This document shows, piece after piece, positions 28,157-36,789 of a DNA stretch of 64,000 nt. The notes below the pieces were generated by a model. It saw nothing but the letters and a program-made list of their open reading frames with translations. It did no database searches and was not told the DNA's origin. The stretch spans positions 4,164 through 68,163 of the forward strand of contig CANPXO010000001.1 of assembly GCA_947586205.1 (NCBI GenBank), given 5' to 3'. The DNA comes from an uncultured Bacilli bacterium (GTDB lineage Bacteria; Bacillota_I; Bacilli_A; RF39; UBA660). The stretch's first letter is position 1, and each line of letters starts with the position of its first letter. A program made the position numbers and the translations under genes.

Positions 28157-28969
28157 CTAGCACATAGATGCACGTAGTTCTTGGATACGACTTATATCCA
28201 TCATAGAAATATCTGATATTAATTCATCAGGTAATCCTTTTTGAATCATACGTTCCACGATTGCTTGTTTCTCTCGTTTTTCTCCAGCTTCTTCTAAACG
28301 TGCATCATTGATGAGTTTGTCCCACGCATCATGATCAAAAAACTTTGGATCTAACTCCGTATCCATTCGACTTGGAATATCAATACACATATTTGTGAGC
28401 ACCTCATTTCCTTTACTTATTTTTTCTCGTTCTTTCTGTGTTTCTGCTTTCAAAAATTTTAGAAGTCTAATGTAATCATCACTTCTATTACGATTATAAT
28501 CCACTTTTTCTAAACAGTCAAGTCTAATAATAATCATACTGACATATTTATTTAATGGTTTTAATGTTAAGCTTTGTTCACAGGTACTTTCCATTTCTTC
28601 ACTGACATGTCTTGCAATGTTGATTTGGATAAGTTGTTTCTTTGGATGATACTGTTCTTGCTTCACTAACTTATTATTTGAAAGTGTAATTACATAAGCT
28701 GTACTTTTCCGAAATGCTTTTTCATCAAGCAGATTATACATTTCGATGTTATAAAGAACATCATCTGTTTCATAGACAATGTCACATCGATTGGTCTTCG
28801 ATTCGATGTTGTCTCGTTCTAATGTGCTTTCAAATGTAAGCTTACCATGTAAGCTATTTTCTTCCAAATCAAGTAAAACTTCCAACATGTACTCTACGTA
28901 CATTTTGTTTTCCTGTCTACCAAAGAAATCGAGAAATAAACGATCTTCTGTTAAAGTGTGTTCTTCCAT
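28157..28969 (-). CDS. Rpn-family (YhgA-like, PD-(D/E)XK) recombination-promoting nuclease/putative transposase, divergent paralog
   Basis: A C-terminal helical tail (..IVERMIQKGLPDELISDISMMDISRIQEL) like that of Rpn proteins. It has the same length and architecture as the clear Rpn at 42666..43475. Confidence 0.45.
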   Translation of the reverse strand: MEEHTLTEDRLFLDFFGRQENKMYVEYMLEVLLDLEENSLHGKLTFESTLERDNIESKTNRCDIVYETDDVLYNIEMYNLLDEKAFRKSTAYVITLSNNKLVKQEQYHPKKQLIQINIARHVSEEMESTCEQSLTLKPLNKYVSMIIIRLDCLEKVDYNRNRSDDYIRLLKFLKAETQKEREKISKGNEVLTNMCIDIPSRMDTELDPKFFDHDAWDKLINDARLEEAGEKREKQAIVERMIQKGLPDELISDISMMDISRIQELRASMC

Positions 28970-29153
28970 GAAGTACTTCCTCCTCTCACTTAAATTTTTA
29001 GAGGTTAGAACAATACCCTCTATTTATATATACCGAAAAAATGTCTGATTTCCTTCTTTTTCTAAAAATGCGTTCGACAAAATTCGACAAATGCCCATTT
29101 TATGGGCTTTTGTAGCATGAAAAAAAACTTAAGTTTTTTTAAGTTTTTCGTTT

Positions 29154-29657
29154 TTAAATTACTAAGCTTCCCTTTAATTTCATAAAAATTTCTAAATGAA
29201 GATATTCGTCTTCTAAAATTCTCTTAATGGTTTCTTTCACATAAATATCATCGATAACACTTAAAGCCATTTGATAATTTTTAATTGCTTGTTTTTCTTC
29301 TTCAATATTAATTTCTAAAATCGTTTTCAAATCGGTATCATAATAAATAAAATCTGAATTCCAATAAGTTTTTTGGTTATGACTTGTCTCACAAAACACC
29401 GGTGTACAACCTAAAAGTTCAATCGTCTTACCTAAAATTTTTAAATGATGCATTTCCACAATGGAAATTTGTTTTAAAATATATGCAATTTCTTCATTAG
29501 GAATCACAAAAGTTTCAAAACTATATTGGAGAACCGCGGTCAGTTCTCCTTCATTTGAAGCGTACAAATAACTAAGAATTTCTGCAACTTCTTTCGATTT
29601 TCTTTCTACTTTAATTTTTGGATAAGGTTTATCTACTAGACAATTCAAAATCATCAC
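29154..29657 (-). CDS. Ferritin-like (diiron-carboxylate) domain protein
   Basis: Paired E..H motifs (VEMHHL, EDEYLHLE) spaced as in ferritin-like four-helix bundles. Confidence 0.4.
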   Translation of the reverse strand: MMILNCLVDKPYPKIKVERKSKEVAEILSYLYASNEGELTAVLQYSFETFVIPNEEIAYILKQISIVEMHHLKILGKTIELLGCTPVFCETSHNQKTYWNSDFIYYDTDLKTILEINIEEEKQAIKNYQMALSVIDDIYVKETIKRILEDEYLHLEIFMKLKGSLVI

Positions 29658-29683
29658 CTAGTAGAAGTGTATGTAAAAAAAAC

Positions 29684-30586
29684 TTATACAGAACTTTTTT
29701 TCTTTAATTTGGCTACAAAAAATCCTTCATAATAATCACTTGGAAGCACGCATAACGTTCCTTTAATCTTGGTCGGTAAAAGAGGTACATCTTGTAAAGT
29801 AAGGGGAACAACTTCACAGTTACAGTGATTTAAAGCATACTGAATGACACTTTCATTTTCTTCTTCTAAAATCGAACAAGTCGAATACACCATCGTTTCA
29901 TTTGGTTTTAACAAAGACAAAGCTTTGCATAAAAGATTTTTCTGAGTCTCAGTGATCTTTGTTATACTTTTATTAGTAAGCATCGAACTTTTTTCAATTT
30001 CTTCATAGGTAAGAGTTCCAGTCCCCGAACAAGGAGCATCCAGTAAAATCTTATCAAATCGAAAAAAAGAATCTAAATTCCTGGCATCTTCTTTTAAAAC
30101 AGTACAACATTTCACTCCCTGTTTTTGAGTATTGTATTTAAGCCGTTCAAACCGTGCTGTATTTTTTTCACAGGCTGTAATACGACATAAGTTTTTCCCT
30201 TCCATCGCCATCTGAGTTGTTTTAGAACCTGGTGCCGCGGTCATATCTAATATAGTTTCATCTGGGTTTACTTCCAAAAACAAGACAGGTAACATCGAAC
30301 TTAAACTTTGTAAGTAAATCATCCCGTCTTTGTATTCCTCTAACTCATAAAAGTCTTCCTCACCCTTATTAAGGGAAACAAAGGCAACCAAATACCAGGA
30401 AACACTTTCTAATTCAAATCCTAATTCTTGTAAATGACTTACAATAGAGTTTACATCTCCTTTTAAAGTATTGACTCGAAACGTTGTATAACGTTTTACT
30501 TTAAAACCATCAAAAATTTTCTTACAAAACTCTTCCCCATATTGGCTTATTAATTTTTCTTTTAAAAATTCTTCTTTCATACTCAT
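29684..30586 (-). CDS. RNA cytosine-C5 methyltransferase (NOL1/NOP2/Sun family; RsmB/RsmF-like)
   Basis: SAM motif MTAAPGSKTT, and the catalytic motifs LLDAPCSGTG and YSTCS. Confidence 0.75.
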   Translation of the reverse strand: MSMKEEFLKEKLISQYGEEFCKKIFDGFKVKRYTTFRVNTLKGDVNSIVSHLQELGFELESVSWYLVAFVSLNKGEEDFYELEEYKDGMIYLQSLSSMLPVLFLEVNPDETILDMTAAPGSKTTQMAMEGKNLCRITACEKNTARFERLKYNTQKQGVKCCTVLKEDARNLDSFFRFDKILLDAPCSGTGTLTYEEIEKSSMLTNKSITKITETQKNLLCKALSLLKPNETMVYSTCSILEEENESVIQYALNHCNCEVVPLTLQDVPLLPTKIKGTLCVLPSDYYEGFFVAKLKKKSSV

Positions 30587-30588
30587 CT

Positions 30589-31287
30589 TTACTTCTTACT
30601 TTTGACAAGTTGATAAACTTCTTCATGAATATCATCAATAGAACGAATCTGATTATCTTTCACACAAGACACCGTATCAAAGTGATAAAGATGAGCAAGT
30701 TCTAAATAAGCTTTTTCTCCCACTTTTAAATAAGTTTCGTTTTGTTCGGCTTCATCTGGCTTCTCAGCTCGTTTCTTTTTTAGTTCACAAGCATATTCAT
30801 AAGGCATATATAAGAATATGGTTTGTGTGGGTCTTGGAAGTTCTAAAATATCATACTCTAACTGTTCAATTTTCTGATAGATTTTCTTTCGTTCTTCTTC
30901 CTTTAATAAAAGACCTCCTCGGTGAGCCATATTACTCGTGACATAACGATCAAGGATCACAGTAGCCCCTTCTTCTAAATACTTATGGATAACTGGCAAG
31001 TGATAACGACGATCAGCAGCATAATAACACAAAGCAGTAAGTGCATCGATATTGCCTCCACCCTCTGGGAAAAAACTATGATTCTCTTTCAGTAACTCCT
31101 CACACATCTGTGGCTTTCCGAGAACACAAGCCCCGATAATCTCTCCCGTTGGGGAATCATACATCGGAAATGACAAAGTCTCCACAACTTCTCCTTCTCT
31201 TTTTAATCTTTCTACTAATTTTTTTGTCTGTGTTTCTTTTCCCGAACAATCGGTTCCTTCAATCACAATTAATTTTCCTTTTGACAT
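30589..31287 (-). CDS. tmk: Thymidylate kinase-family protein
   Basis: P-loop IEGTDCSGKETQ and a DRY motif (ILDRYVTSN). The start is set at MSKGK. It may be a paralog of the housekeeping tmk. Confidence 0.6.
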   Translation of the reverse strand: MSKGKLIVIEGTDCSGKETQTKKLVERLKREGEVVETLSFPMYDSPTGEIIGACVLGKPQMCEELLKENHSFFPEGGGNIDALTALCYYAADRRYHLPVIHKYLEEGATVILDRYVTSNMAHRGGLLLKEEERKKIYQKIEQLEYDILELPRPTQTIFLYMPYEYACELKKKRAEKPDEAEQNETYLKVGEKAYLELAHLYHFDTVSCVKDNQIRSIDDIHEEVYQLVKSKK

Positions 31288-31372
31288 ACACACCACCTAA
31301 GTTCATTGTATCATAGAATTTCTCATTATGAAACTTGAATTTTTTACATATAATGACCTAGGAGTGAAAAAA

Positions 31373-32293
31373 ATGAAACCAGATTATGAATTTGGAAATA
31401 AATTTTATCAATATTATGATAAGATTGGTATCCAAGGGACCAAATATAAAATTTTAGCCCCTGAACAAAGTCAGGACGTTCAACCCGGTTTAGAAACATT
31501 AATGTTTCCACAGCCTATCTTTGATAATCCAAACTATATTGGAAGTGGTAAACTAAAAGGAAAAGTCGCGATTATTACAGGAGGAGACTCAGGCCTTGGA
31601 AGAGCCGCGGCCATCGCATTCGTAAAAGAAGGCGCGAAAGTAGTCATTCCTTATTTAAATGAGCATGAAGATGCAAAAAACACTGAAGAATACATTAAAA
31701 AGCTAGGTGGCGAGTGTCTCCTTCTCTCTGGCGATATTACGGACAAAAGTTTTTCCAAAAAAATTGTGGAATGTACTTTAGAAAGATTTGGATGCATTAA
31801 TATCTTAGTCAACAATGCGGGAGTTCAATATCAAGCGGATTCTCTAGAAGAAATTAGTGAAGAACAATTTGATCAAACTATGAAAGTAAACATTTATGGC
31901 ATGTTTTATTTAACAAAAGAAGTTTTACCTCACCTTCACTCTGGAGACTCCATCATCAATCTTTCTAGTGTGACTACATTCTATGGTGAACCACAGCTTA
32001 TTGATTATGTCACAACAAAAGGAGCCATTGTAGGTTTTACCAGAGCTTTAGCAAGAAATCTTGCATTAAAGAATATTCGTGTGAATGCCATTGCCCCAGG
32101 ATTTTTCTGGACCCCATTACAACCTGCTTGTTGGGTAGCGGAAAAAATACCATCTTTAGGTGCCGATGCGGCGATGGCAAGAGGTGCCATGCCTTACGAA
32201 CTTGCTCCCACATTTGTCTTTTTAGCAAGTGATGATTCTAGTTACGTAACAGGTCAAGTACTCCATAATAATGGAGGACAAATCATGGGTTAA
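31373..32293 (+). CDS. SDR-family oxidoreductase, general stress protein 39 (YhxC/YdaD)-like
   Basis: GKVAIITGGDSGLGRAAA, NNAG, and the S...Y..K catalytic residues (YxxxK realised as T..K: VTTKGA). It resembles B. subtilis YhxC along the whole length. The start was adjusted to MKPDYEF, which has an AGGAGTG RBS. Confidence 0.75.
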   Translation: MKPDYEFGNKFYQYYDKIGIQGTKYKILAPEQSQDVQPGLETLMFPQPIFDNPNYIGSGKLKGKVAIITGGDSGLGRAAAIAFVKEGAKVVIPYLNEHEDAKNTEEYIKKLGGECLLLSGDITDKSFSKKIVECTLERFGCINILVNNAGVQYQADSLEEISEEQFDQTMKVNIYGMFYLTKEVLPHLHSGDSIINLSSVTTFYGEPQLIDYVTTKGAIVGFTRALARNLALKNIRVNAIAPGFFWTPLQPACWVAEKIPSLGADAAMARGAMPYELAPTFVFLASDDSSYVTGQVLHNNGGQIMG

Positions 32294-32328
32294 AAAAGAA
32301 GATAGTTTTCTGGGCTATCTTCTTTTAT

Positions 32329-32568
32329 CTAAAACACGCCTGTTTCTTTCTTAAAATAATCAAGAAGTTCTGAATAGATTTCTTTATCTTCCTTATCATC
32401 TAAAATATAAACTTCCCCATCACTTTCTGTGACAATAAGAACTTCGTCTTGAATAACTTTATCACCTACAACAGGACAAAGTAAATAGTAAGTTTCTCCT
32501 TTCACAACTGTCTCATCATAAACTAAATATTGTACTCCATCAACTTCAATTAAATCTTCTTTTTTCAT
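32329..32568 (-). CDS. DUF1292-family small protein
   Basis: A 79-aa acidic protein with the Y..L....G..YYLL motif typical of Firmicute DUF1292 proteins. Confidence 0.45.
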   Translation of the reverse strand: MKKEDLIEVDGVQYLVYDETVVKGETYYLLCPVVGDKVIQDEVLIVTESDGEVYILDDKEDKEIYSELLDYFKKETGVF

Positions 32569-35054
32569 CGACTGAACCCCTTTTCTTGATTAATATTTTG
32601 AGCAGATACATAAAATGTTATATTATCATCTACTTGTTTAGAATTTGTTTCATATAATCCATCCGCAACAGAACTAAGTGAAGTATTTAAAGAAACTGCA
32701 GCACTTAACACTTGATAGCCATCATTGACATATCTTTTAATTTCTTCATTTGATTTAGCAATAACTGTCTTACTTGAATCATTTGGATTTATAAATGCCA
32801 CTTTTAAGACCACCATTTCGGTATCTGGAGAATAATTTCCTTTAAAAACTCTTTGACTTCCAGTACTTACATTCACCGTATTAACGTCTTTTTCTACTAA
32901 AAAATCTGTATAAGTATTGGCCCCAAAGTCAATGGTAACTACATCCCCAATATGTGGTCCCGTATAAGAATCATAAAATTCCTCTTCTGGTAGTGATTGC
33001 ATTGGTTCAGATATTTCTTCTACTTCTTCTTTTACATTCTCTTGTTCTAGTTGATGATTTATTTCACTAAGCTTTTGGTGCATCGATAACATTTTTTCAA
33101 TTTGTTCATTTGCAAGAGTTGGAGTTCCAACAGTTTCTACTTTAATCGTAGATTCATTTGGATTCTTATTTGAATTTTTAATATTTGAGAACCATTTTAT
33201 GCCACCTGCTCCAATCATCGCCAAAGAAGTAATACCAATAGCAGCATACATTACATTTCTTTTATTCACTCTTTCCCATAAATCATGAGCTTTTTCCCGA
33301 ATCACTCGGAATGGTTTTCCTCCTACTGTCTTTTTCCCTTTTAAATTTTCTATTTCTTTTTCTAATTCTTCTTTTTCATGTGTTAAATGTTCAATTTGTT
33401 CTTGAGACTTTTCATGAACTAATTTTAATTCTTCATTTTCTTTTAAAAGTCTTTCTTTTTCCACTTTTAAATCTTCAATCTGTTTTTCTAATTCTTCTTT
33501 TTCATTTAAAGTTTTTACATTCTCTTCTTGAGGTACTTCTTTTTCAACTGGGCTAACTGGCAAGACTACAGGAAATGGAGAAGTGACAAAATCATCAATA
33601 GTTAAATCATCTTTATCTTCAGGTATTTCAAAAATATTTGTATACTGATTATTTTCTTCTAAAGATTCCTCTAAAGCAAAAGGTAAATCAGAATTAGGAA
33701 TAAAGTTTTCTACTTGAAATAGATCTTTTGCATGATTATTAACAAAATGATAGATATTTAAAAGATTTTCTTTTTCTTCTGGATGATTCATATAGTCTTG
33801 TTTTTTCTTTTCATAAAGATAAATAGCTTCAAAAAAGGAAGATAACTTACTATAGAACTCGACATCTAAAGCACTGATATTTAATTTTTCAAATTCAGTT
33901 TGATAATCTCTTAAGTTGTCTAAAAGAATTTCTTTTTCATTCTCAAATTCTTCTGGTTTAGTAATTTCTAATTCTCCCATATAATTTCCATTACTAAGCA
34001 AACCCTCATACAAATTTTGATAAGGATATTCTTCTTCTTGAGTAGACTCTCTTGCTTTCTGAATATAGTAAAGCATCTTTTTAAAGTTTTCAATTTTTTC
34101 ATCAAAATAACTAAATGTTTTTAAAACCCATTTATTAGTTAAAAAAGTATCTAAATGATCTAACCAAGAATCATATTCTAATGTTTTATCATCTAAATCA
34201 AGTTGTGAAAGTTGTTCTCCCAAAGAATAAGTAAGTCCATTATCATATCCATCAGAATAAACCGTCGAAACATCTTCTTCATTTTGAGTTGGATTTTCTA
34301 CAGACTCATCCTTTCTTTCTATTATTTTAGGTAACGTATTTTCTTGATGATAAAACTGATATAAATACTTTTCGTATTCTTCATTTGTTTCTCCACCCAC
34401 ACGCATTCTTGGAATTGCATCTTTCTCTTCTAATAAATCTGTAACCCCATAAGTAGCTTGATACAATATATTTAATTTATCTTGAATACTATGTAAAATA
34501 GCAATTGTTTCTTCCAATTTCGAAACATTGGTTTTTCCATCCAAAACCATCTTTTTCTTTTGTTGATCATAAACTGTGATTAACTGAATCATTCTAGCAT
34601 ATTCTACAGCTTTTTCATCATTCAAATAATTTCTGCCATTCACGTTGGCTTGATTTTTTGATCTTATTTGTTTTTCAATTTTTGCTAACTGTTTATAGTA
34701 ACTATTTCTTTCTTGTTTCCAATCTTCTAGTTCCTTTAGTAAATCTCTCTTTTCTTGTTCATCTGTTGTTTCTTCTATTTTTTTGATTAAATCTTCTATA
34801 ATTTCTTTGATGTCTTCAAGGTCAGATAAAAAGAGTAACAAATTCTCTTGGATAGCAACTCTTCCTTCCATTTTGGCATTTTCTTTTCCACAAATTCCTA
34901 AACAAAACTGTACAAAATGAACATCTTTTTCTTTTAATTTCTTAATGAGCTCATTATTCTTAATAACCTTGAATGACTCCATTCCATAATTCAAATTTCC
35001 ATCCATTTTTTCCACCCACTCATCTAATATAAAGATTATAACACATATTATCAC
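32565..35054 (-). CDS. Large coiled-coil protein with one TM helix and a ~230-aa extracellular C-terminal domain (hypothetical)
   Basis: About 560 aa of heptad-rich, E/K-rich sequence, then a TM helix (AIGITSLAMIGAGGI), then a C-terminal domain. The start is uncertain. Confidence 0.4.
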   Translation of the reverse strand: MIICVIIFILDEWVEKMDGNLNYGMESFKVIKNNELIKKLKEKDVHFVQFCLGICGKENAKMEGRVAIQENLLLFLSDLEDIKEIIEDLIKKIEETTDEQEKRDLLKELEDWKQERNSYYKQLAKIEKQIRSKNQANVNGRNYLNDEKAVEYARMIQLITVYDQQKKKMVLDGKTNVSKLEETIAILHSIQDKLNILYQATYGVTDLLEEKDAIPRMRVGGETNEEYEKYLYQFYHQENTLPKIIERKDESVENPTQNEEDVSTVYSDGYDNGLTYSLGEQLSQLDLDDKTLEYDSWLDHLDTFLTNKWVLKTFSYFDEKIENFKKMLYYIQKARESTQEEEYPYQNLYEGLLSNGNYMGELEITKPEEFENEKEILLDNLRDYQTEFEKLNISALDVEFYSKLSSFFEAIYLYEKKKQDYMNHPEEKENLLNIYHFVNNHAKDLFQVENFIPNSDLPFALEESLEENNQYTNIFEIPEDKDDLTIDDFVTSPFPVVLPVSPVEKEVPQEENVKTLNEKEELEKQIEDLKVEKERLLKENEELKLVHEKSQEQIEHLTHEKEELEKEIENLKGKKTVGGKPFRVIREKAHDLWERVNKRNVMYAAIGITSLAMIGAGGIKWFSNIKNSNKNPNESTIKVETVGTPTLANEQIEKMLSMHQKLSEINHQLEQENVKEEVEEISEPMQSLPEEEFYDSYTGPHIGDVVTIDFGANTYTDFLVEKDVNTVNVSTGSQRVFKGNYSPDTEMVVLKVAFINPNDSSKTVIAKSNEEIKRYVNDGYQVLSAAVSLNTSLSSVADGLYETNSKQVDDNITFYVSAQNINQEKGFSR

Positions 35055-35210
35055 AAAAAAAAAGGAGATTTTTTAATCTCCTAAACGCATTCTACGTAAG
35101 TGTCAGATAAACAACGAATCGCACATACACAATTTAAATCAATGGTAAAGAATGAATTCGTTGCTACATATGGATTCAAGCTTGTCGGGTCTGGATTAGC
35201 TTCTAGAACT
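35028..35210. repeat. 183-bp direct repeat, copy 1 (identical to 35556..35738), holding a promoterless 3' remnant of the CotZ-like gene plus its terminator
   Basis: It matches copy 2 base-for-base, including the hairpin GGAGATTTTTTAATCTCC and A9/T9 run. The remnant encodes ..VLEANPDPTSLNPYVATNSFFTIDLNCVCAIRCLSDTYVECV*, preceded by in-frame stops. Confidence 0.7.
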
Positions 35211-35213
35211 CCC
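35088..35213 (-). pseudogene. 3' gene fragment (last ~41 codons) of a CotY/CotZ-family coat protein gene
   Basis: Identical to the 3' end of 35608..36036 up to residue L102. Upstream in-frame TGA codons mean there is no start. Confidence 0.55.
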
Positions 35214-35589
35214 GGAGTTTGACAGTTGGTGATTCATCAAATGTTTGTTTAGCCCTTTTGTAATAAGGCTTTTCTTATGTCAAGTTCTTGCATTTTTTTT
35301 GTTGTACATTCGTTGTACTTTGAATTTTTTTAGATTTTTATCTTTTATTAAAATCAATATTGTGATATAATTATCGCATAAAGTAAAGGGATATATAAAA
35401 TATCATCTAAAGTCGCATAATTATTGATACAATTAATATAAAGTATTTCAAAAAAATTAATTTTTTTTAAAATTAGCAATAATGTACAACATTAAAAAAA
35501 CGTGTTAGCCCTTTAGTTACTTGGGCTGGCTCATTTTTACTGTCAAAGTCAAGATATAAAGATTATAACACATATTATCACAAAAAAAA

Positions 35590-35607
35590 AGGAGATTTTT
35601 TAATCTC
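35590..35607 (-). terminator. Strong intrinsic terminator of the CotZ-like gene
   Basis: GGAGAUUAAAAAAUCUCC followed by U9 on the minus strand, immediately after the stop codon. Confidence 0.65.
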
Positions 35608-36036
35608 CTAAACGCATTCTACGTAAGTGTCAGATAAACAACGAATCGCACATACACAATTTAAATCAATGGTAAAGAATGAATTCGTTGCTACATATGG
35701 ATTCAAGCTTGTCGGGTCTGGATTAGCTTCTAGAACTCGGCAAGTACAGCAACAATTATCTACTTTTTCTACTCTAAATACGGATGATGTTGTTCCACCT
35801 ACGACTGGGTCTTTACTTGTTGGCATACTAAATGCAACTCCATTCGATCCACAAGTGTAAAGCTCAATTGGTCTAGTATTACAAATAAGGCAATTAGGTC
35901 CTCCACCAAGAACTGGTCTATCGCATGAATCCAAACATGAATCTGGACAAGCATTTTGTTGAAGTACTAAAATGACATTCAAAATTTCGGAAATGCAAGT
36001 TGAGCAGTTTGAATTACATGTTTCATTATTACACAT
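35608..36036 (-). CDS. cotZ: Cysteine-rich spore coat protein of the CotY/CotZ/ExsY family
   Basis: 142 aa with 23 Cys. The motifs FRVEKV, DNCCCTC and FFTIDLNCVCAIRCLSD align with B. subtilis CotY (FRVEKL, CDCCA, CIEVDLGCFCAIQCLSP). Confidence 0.65.
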   Translation of the reverse strand: MCNNETCNSNCSTCISEILNVILVLQQNACPDSCLDSCDRPVLGGGPNCLICNTRPIELYTCGSNGVAFSMPTSKDPVVGGTTSSVFRVEKVDNCCCTCRVLEANPDPTSLNPYVATNSFFTIDLNCVCAIRCLSDTYVECV

Positions 36037-36141
36037 ACATATTCCCCTTTCCTATATTCTCATTAATAATTTATGTGAATTTTCAAAATTAGTGCAATTC
36101 TCTAAAAAATAGTGTATAATTTATTTAAGAGGGTGATCAAT

Positions 36142-36459
36142 GTGAGCGATTGGATTATTTATTTAATCATTATACTCGTCTTACTTATTATTTCTTTAGT
36201 TGTTGCCAAACTCATGAAGAAAGATTTTCATTTAGAAGCGAATAAACTCCTTGGTTATTTAGGTGGAAAAGACAACATCATTAATGCGGAATGTAACTTA
36301 TCTCGTTTTAAAGTGATTTTAAAAGATGTTTCGATTGTCGACAAAGATGGGATTACAAAGTTAGGTGCCAAAGGAATTGTGGAAATTGATAATCAATTAA
36401 AAATCATTTTTGGAAGAGATGCCAAACAATTAAAGAAATATATTGATGAATTACTATAG
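36142..36459 (+). CDS. Membrane-anchored orphan PTS EIIB (glucose-family) domain protein
   Basis: An N-terminal TM helix, then LGYLGGKDNIINAECNLSRFKVILKD..VDKDGITKLGAKGIV. This matches the EIIB signature LGG.ENI....HC.TRLR...D, including the phospho-Cys. The start was set at the GTG with an AAGAGGGTGA RBS. A TATAAT -10 lies at 36115-36120. Confidence 0.55.
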   Translation: MSDWIIYLIIILVLLIISLVVAKLMKKDFHLEANKLLGYLGGKDNIINAECNLSRFKVILKDVSIVDKDGITKLGAKGIVEIDNQLKIIFGRDAKQLKKYIDELL

Positions 36460-36464
36460 AATTT

Positions 36465-36755
36465 CTATAGTTTTTTTATGTCTAGAATACTTGGTATCGA
36501 TATTTTTTCTCCATCCATTGTCAGTAAATAACTTCCACTTTTTCCCACAATTTCAGTTTCAAACACATCACTTTTTGTTGTAATCTCTACTTTACTTTTA
36601 TAAACAAAATCTTTACTTCCAAAAATCGAATCAATTTCTTTTAAAATATTTTTGGTTCCTCCTCGATCTTCTAATAACTTACTATAAAACATTTCTTTAT
36701 TATTATGTAAATCTTTTTCCATTGGATTTGCATAAACTTTTGGTAATTCTTTCAA
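36465..36755 (-). CDS. Hypothetical small protein (96 aa)
   Basis: The ORF looks coding. No family was recognised. Confidence 0.3.
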   Translation of the reverse strand: MKELPKVYANPMEKDLHNNKEMFYSKLLEDRGGTKNILKEIDSIFGSKDFVYKSKVEITTKSDVFETEIVGKSGSYLLTMDGEKISIPSILDIKKL

Positions 36756-36789
36756 AATTCTTCACCTCACTCTTATTTTATGATTAAAA

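Noticed and set aside
31328-31372. Track start of the SDR gene at 31328 (MKLEFF...)
   Set aside because: This segment contains the probable promoter and RBS (TTGAAT ... AGGAGTG) for the downstream in-frame ATG at 31373. The YhxC-like homology begins at the later Met.
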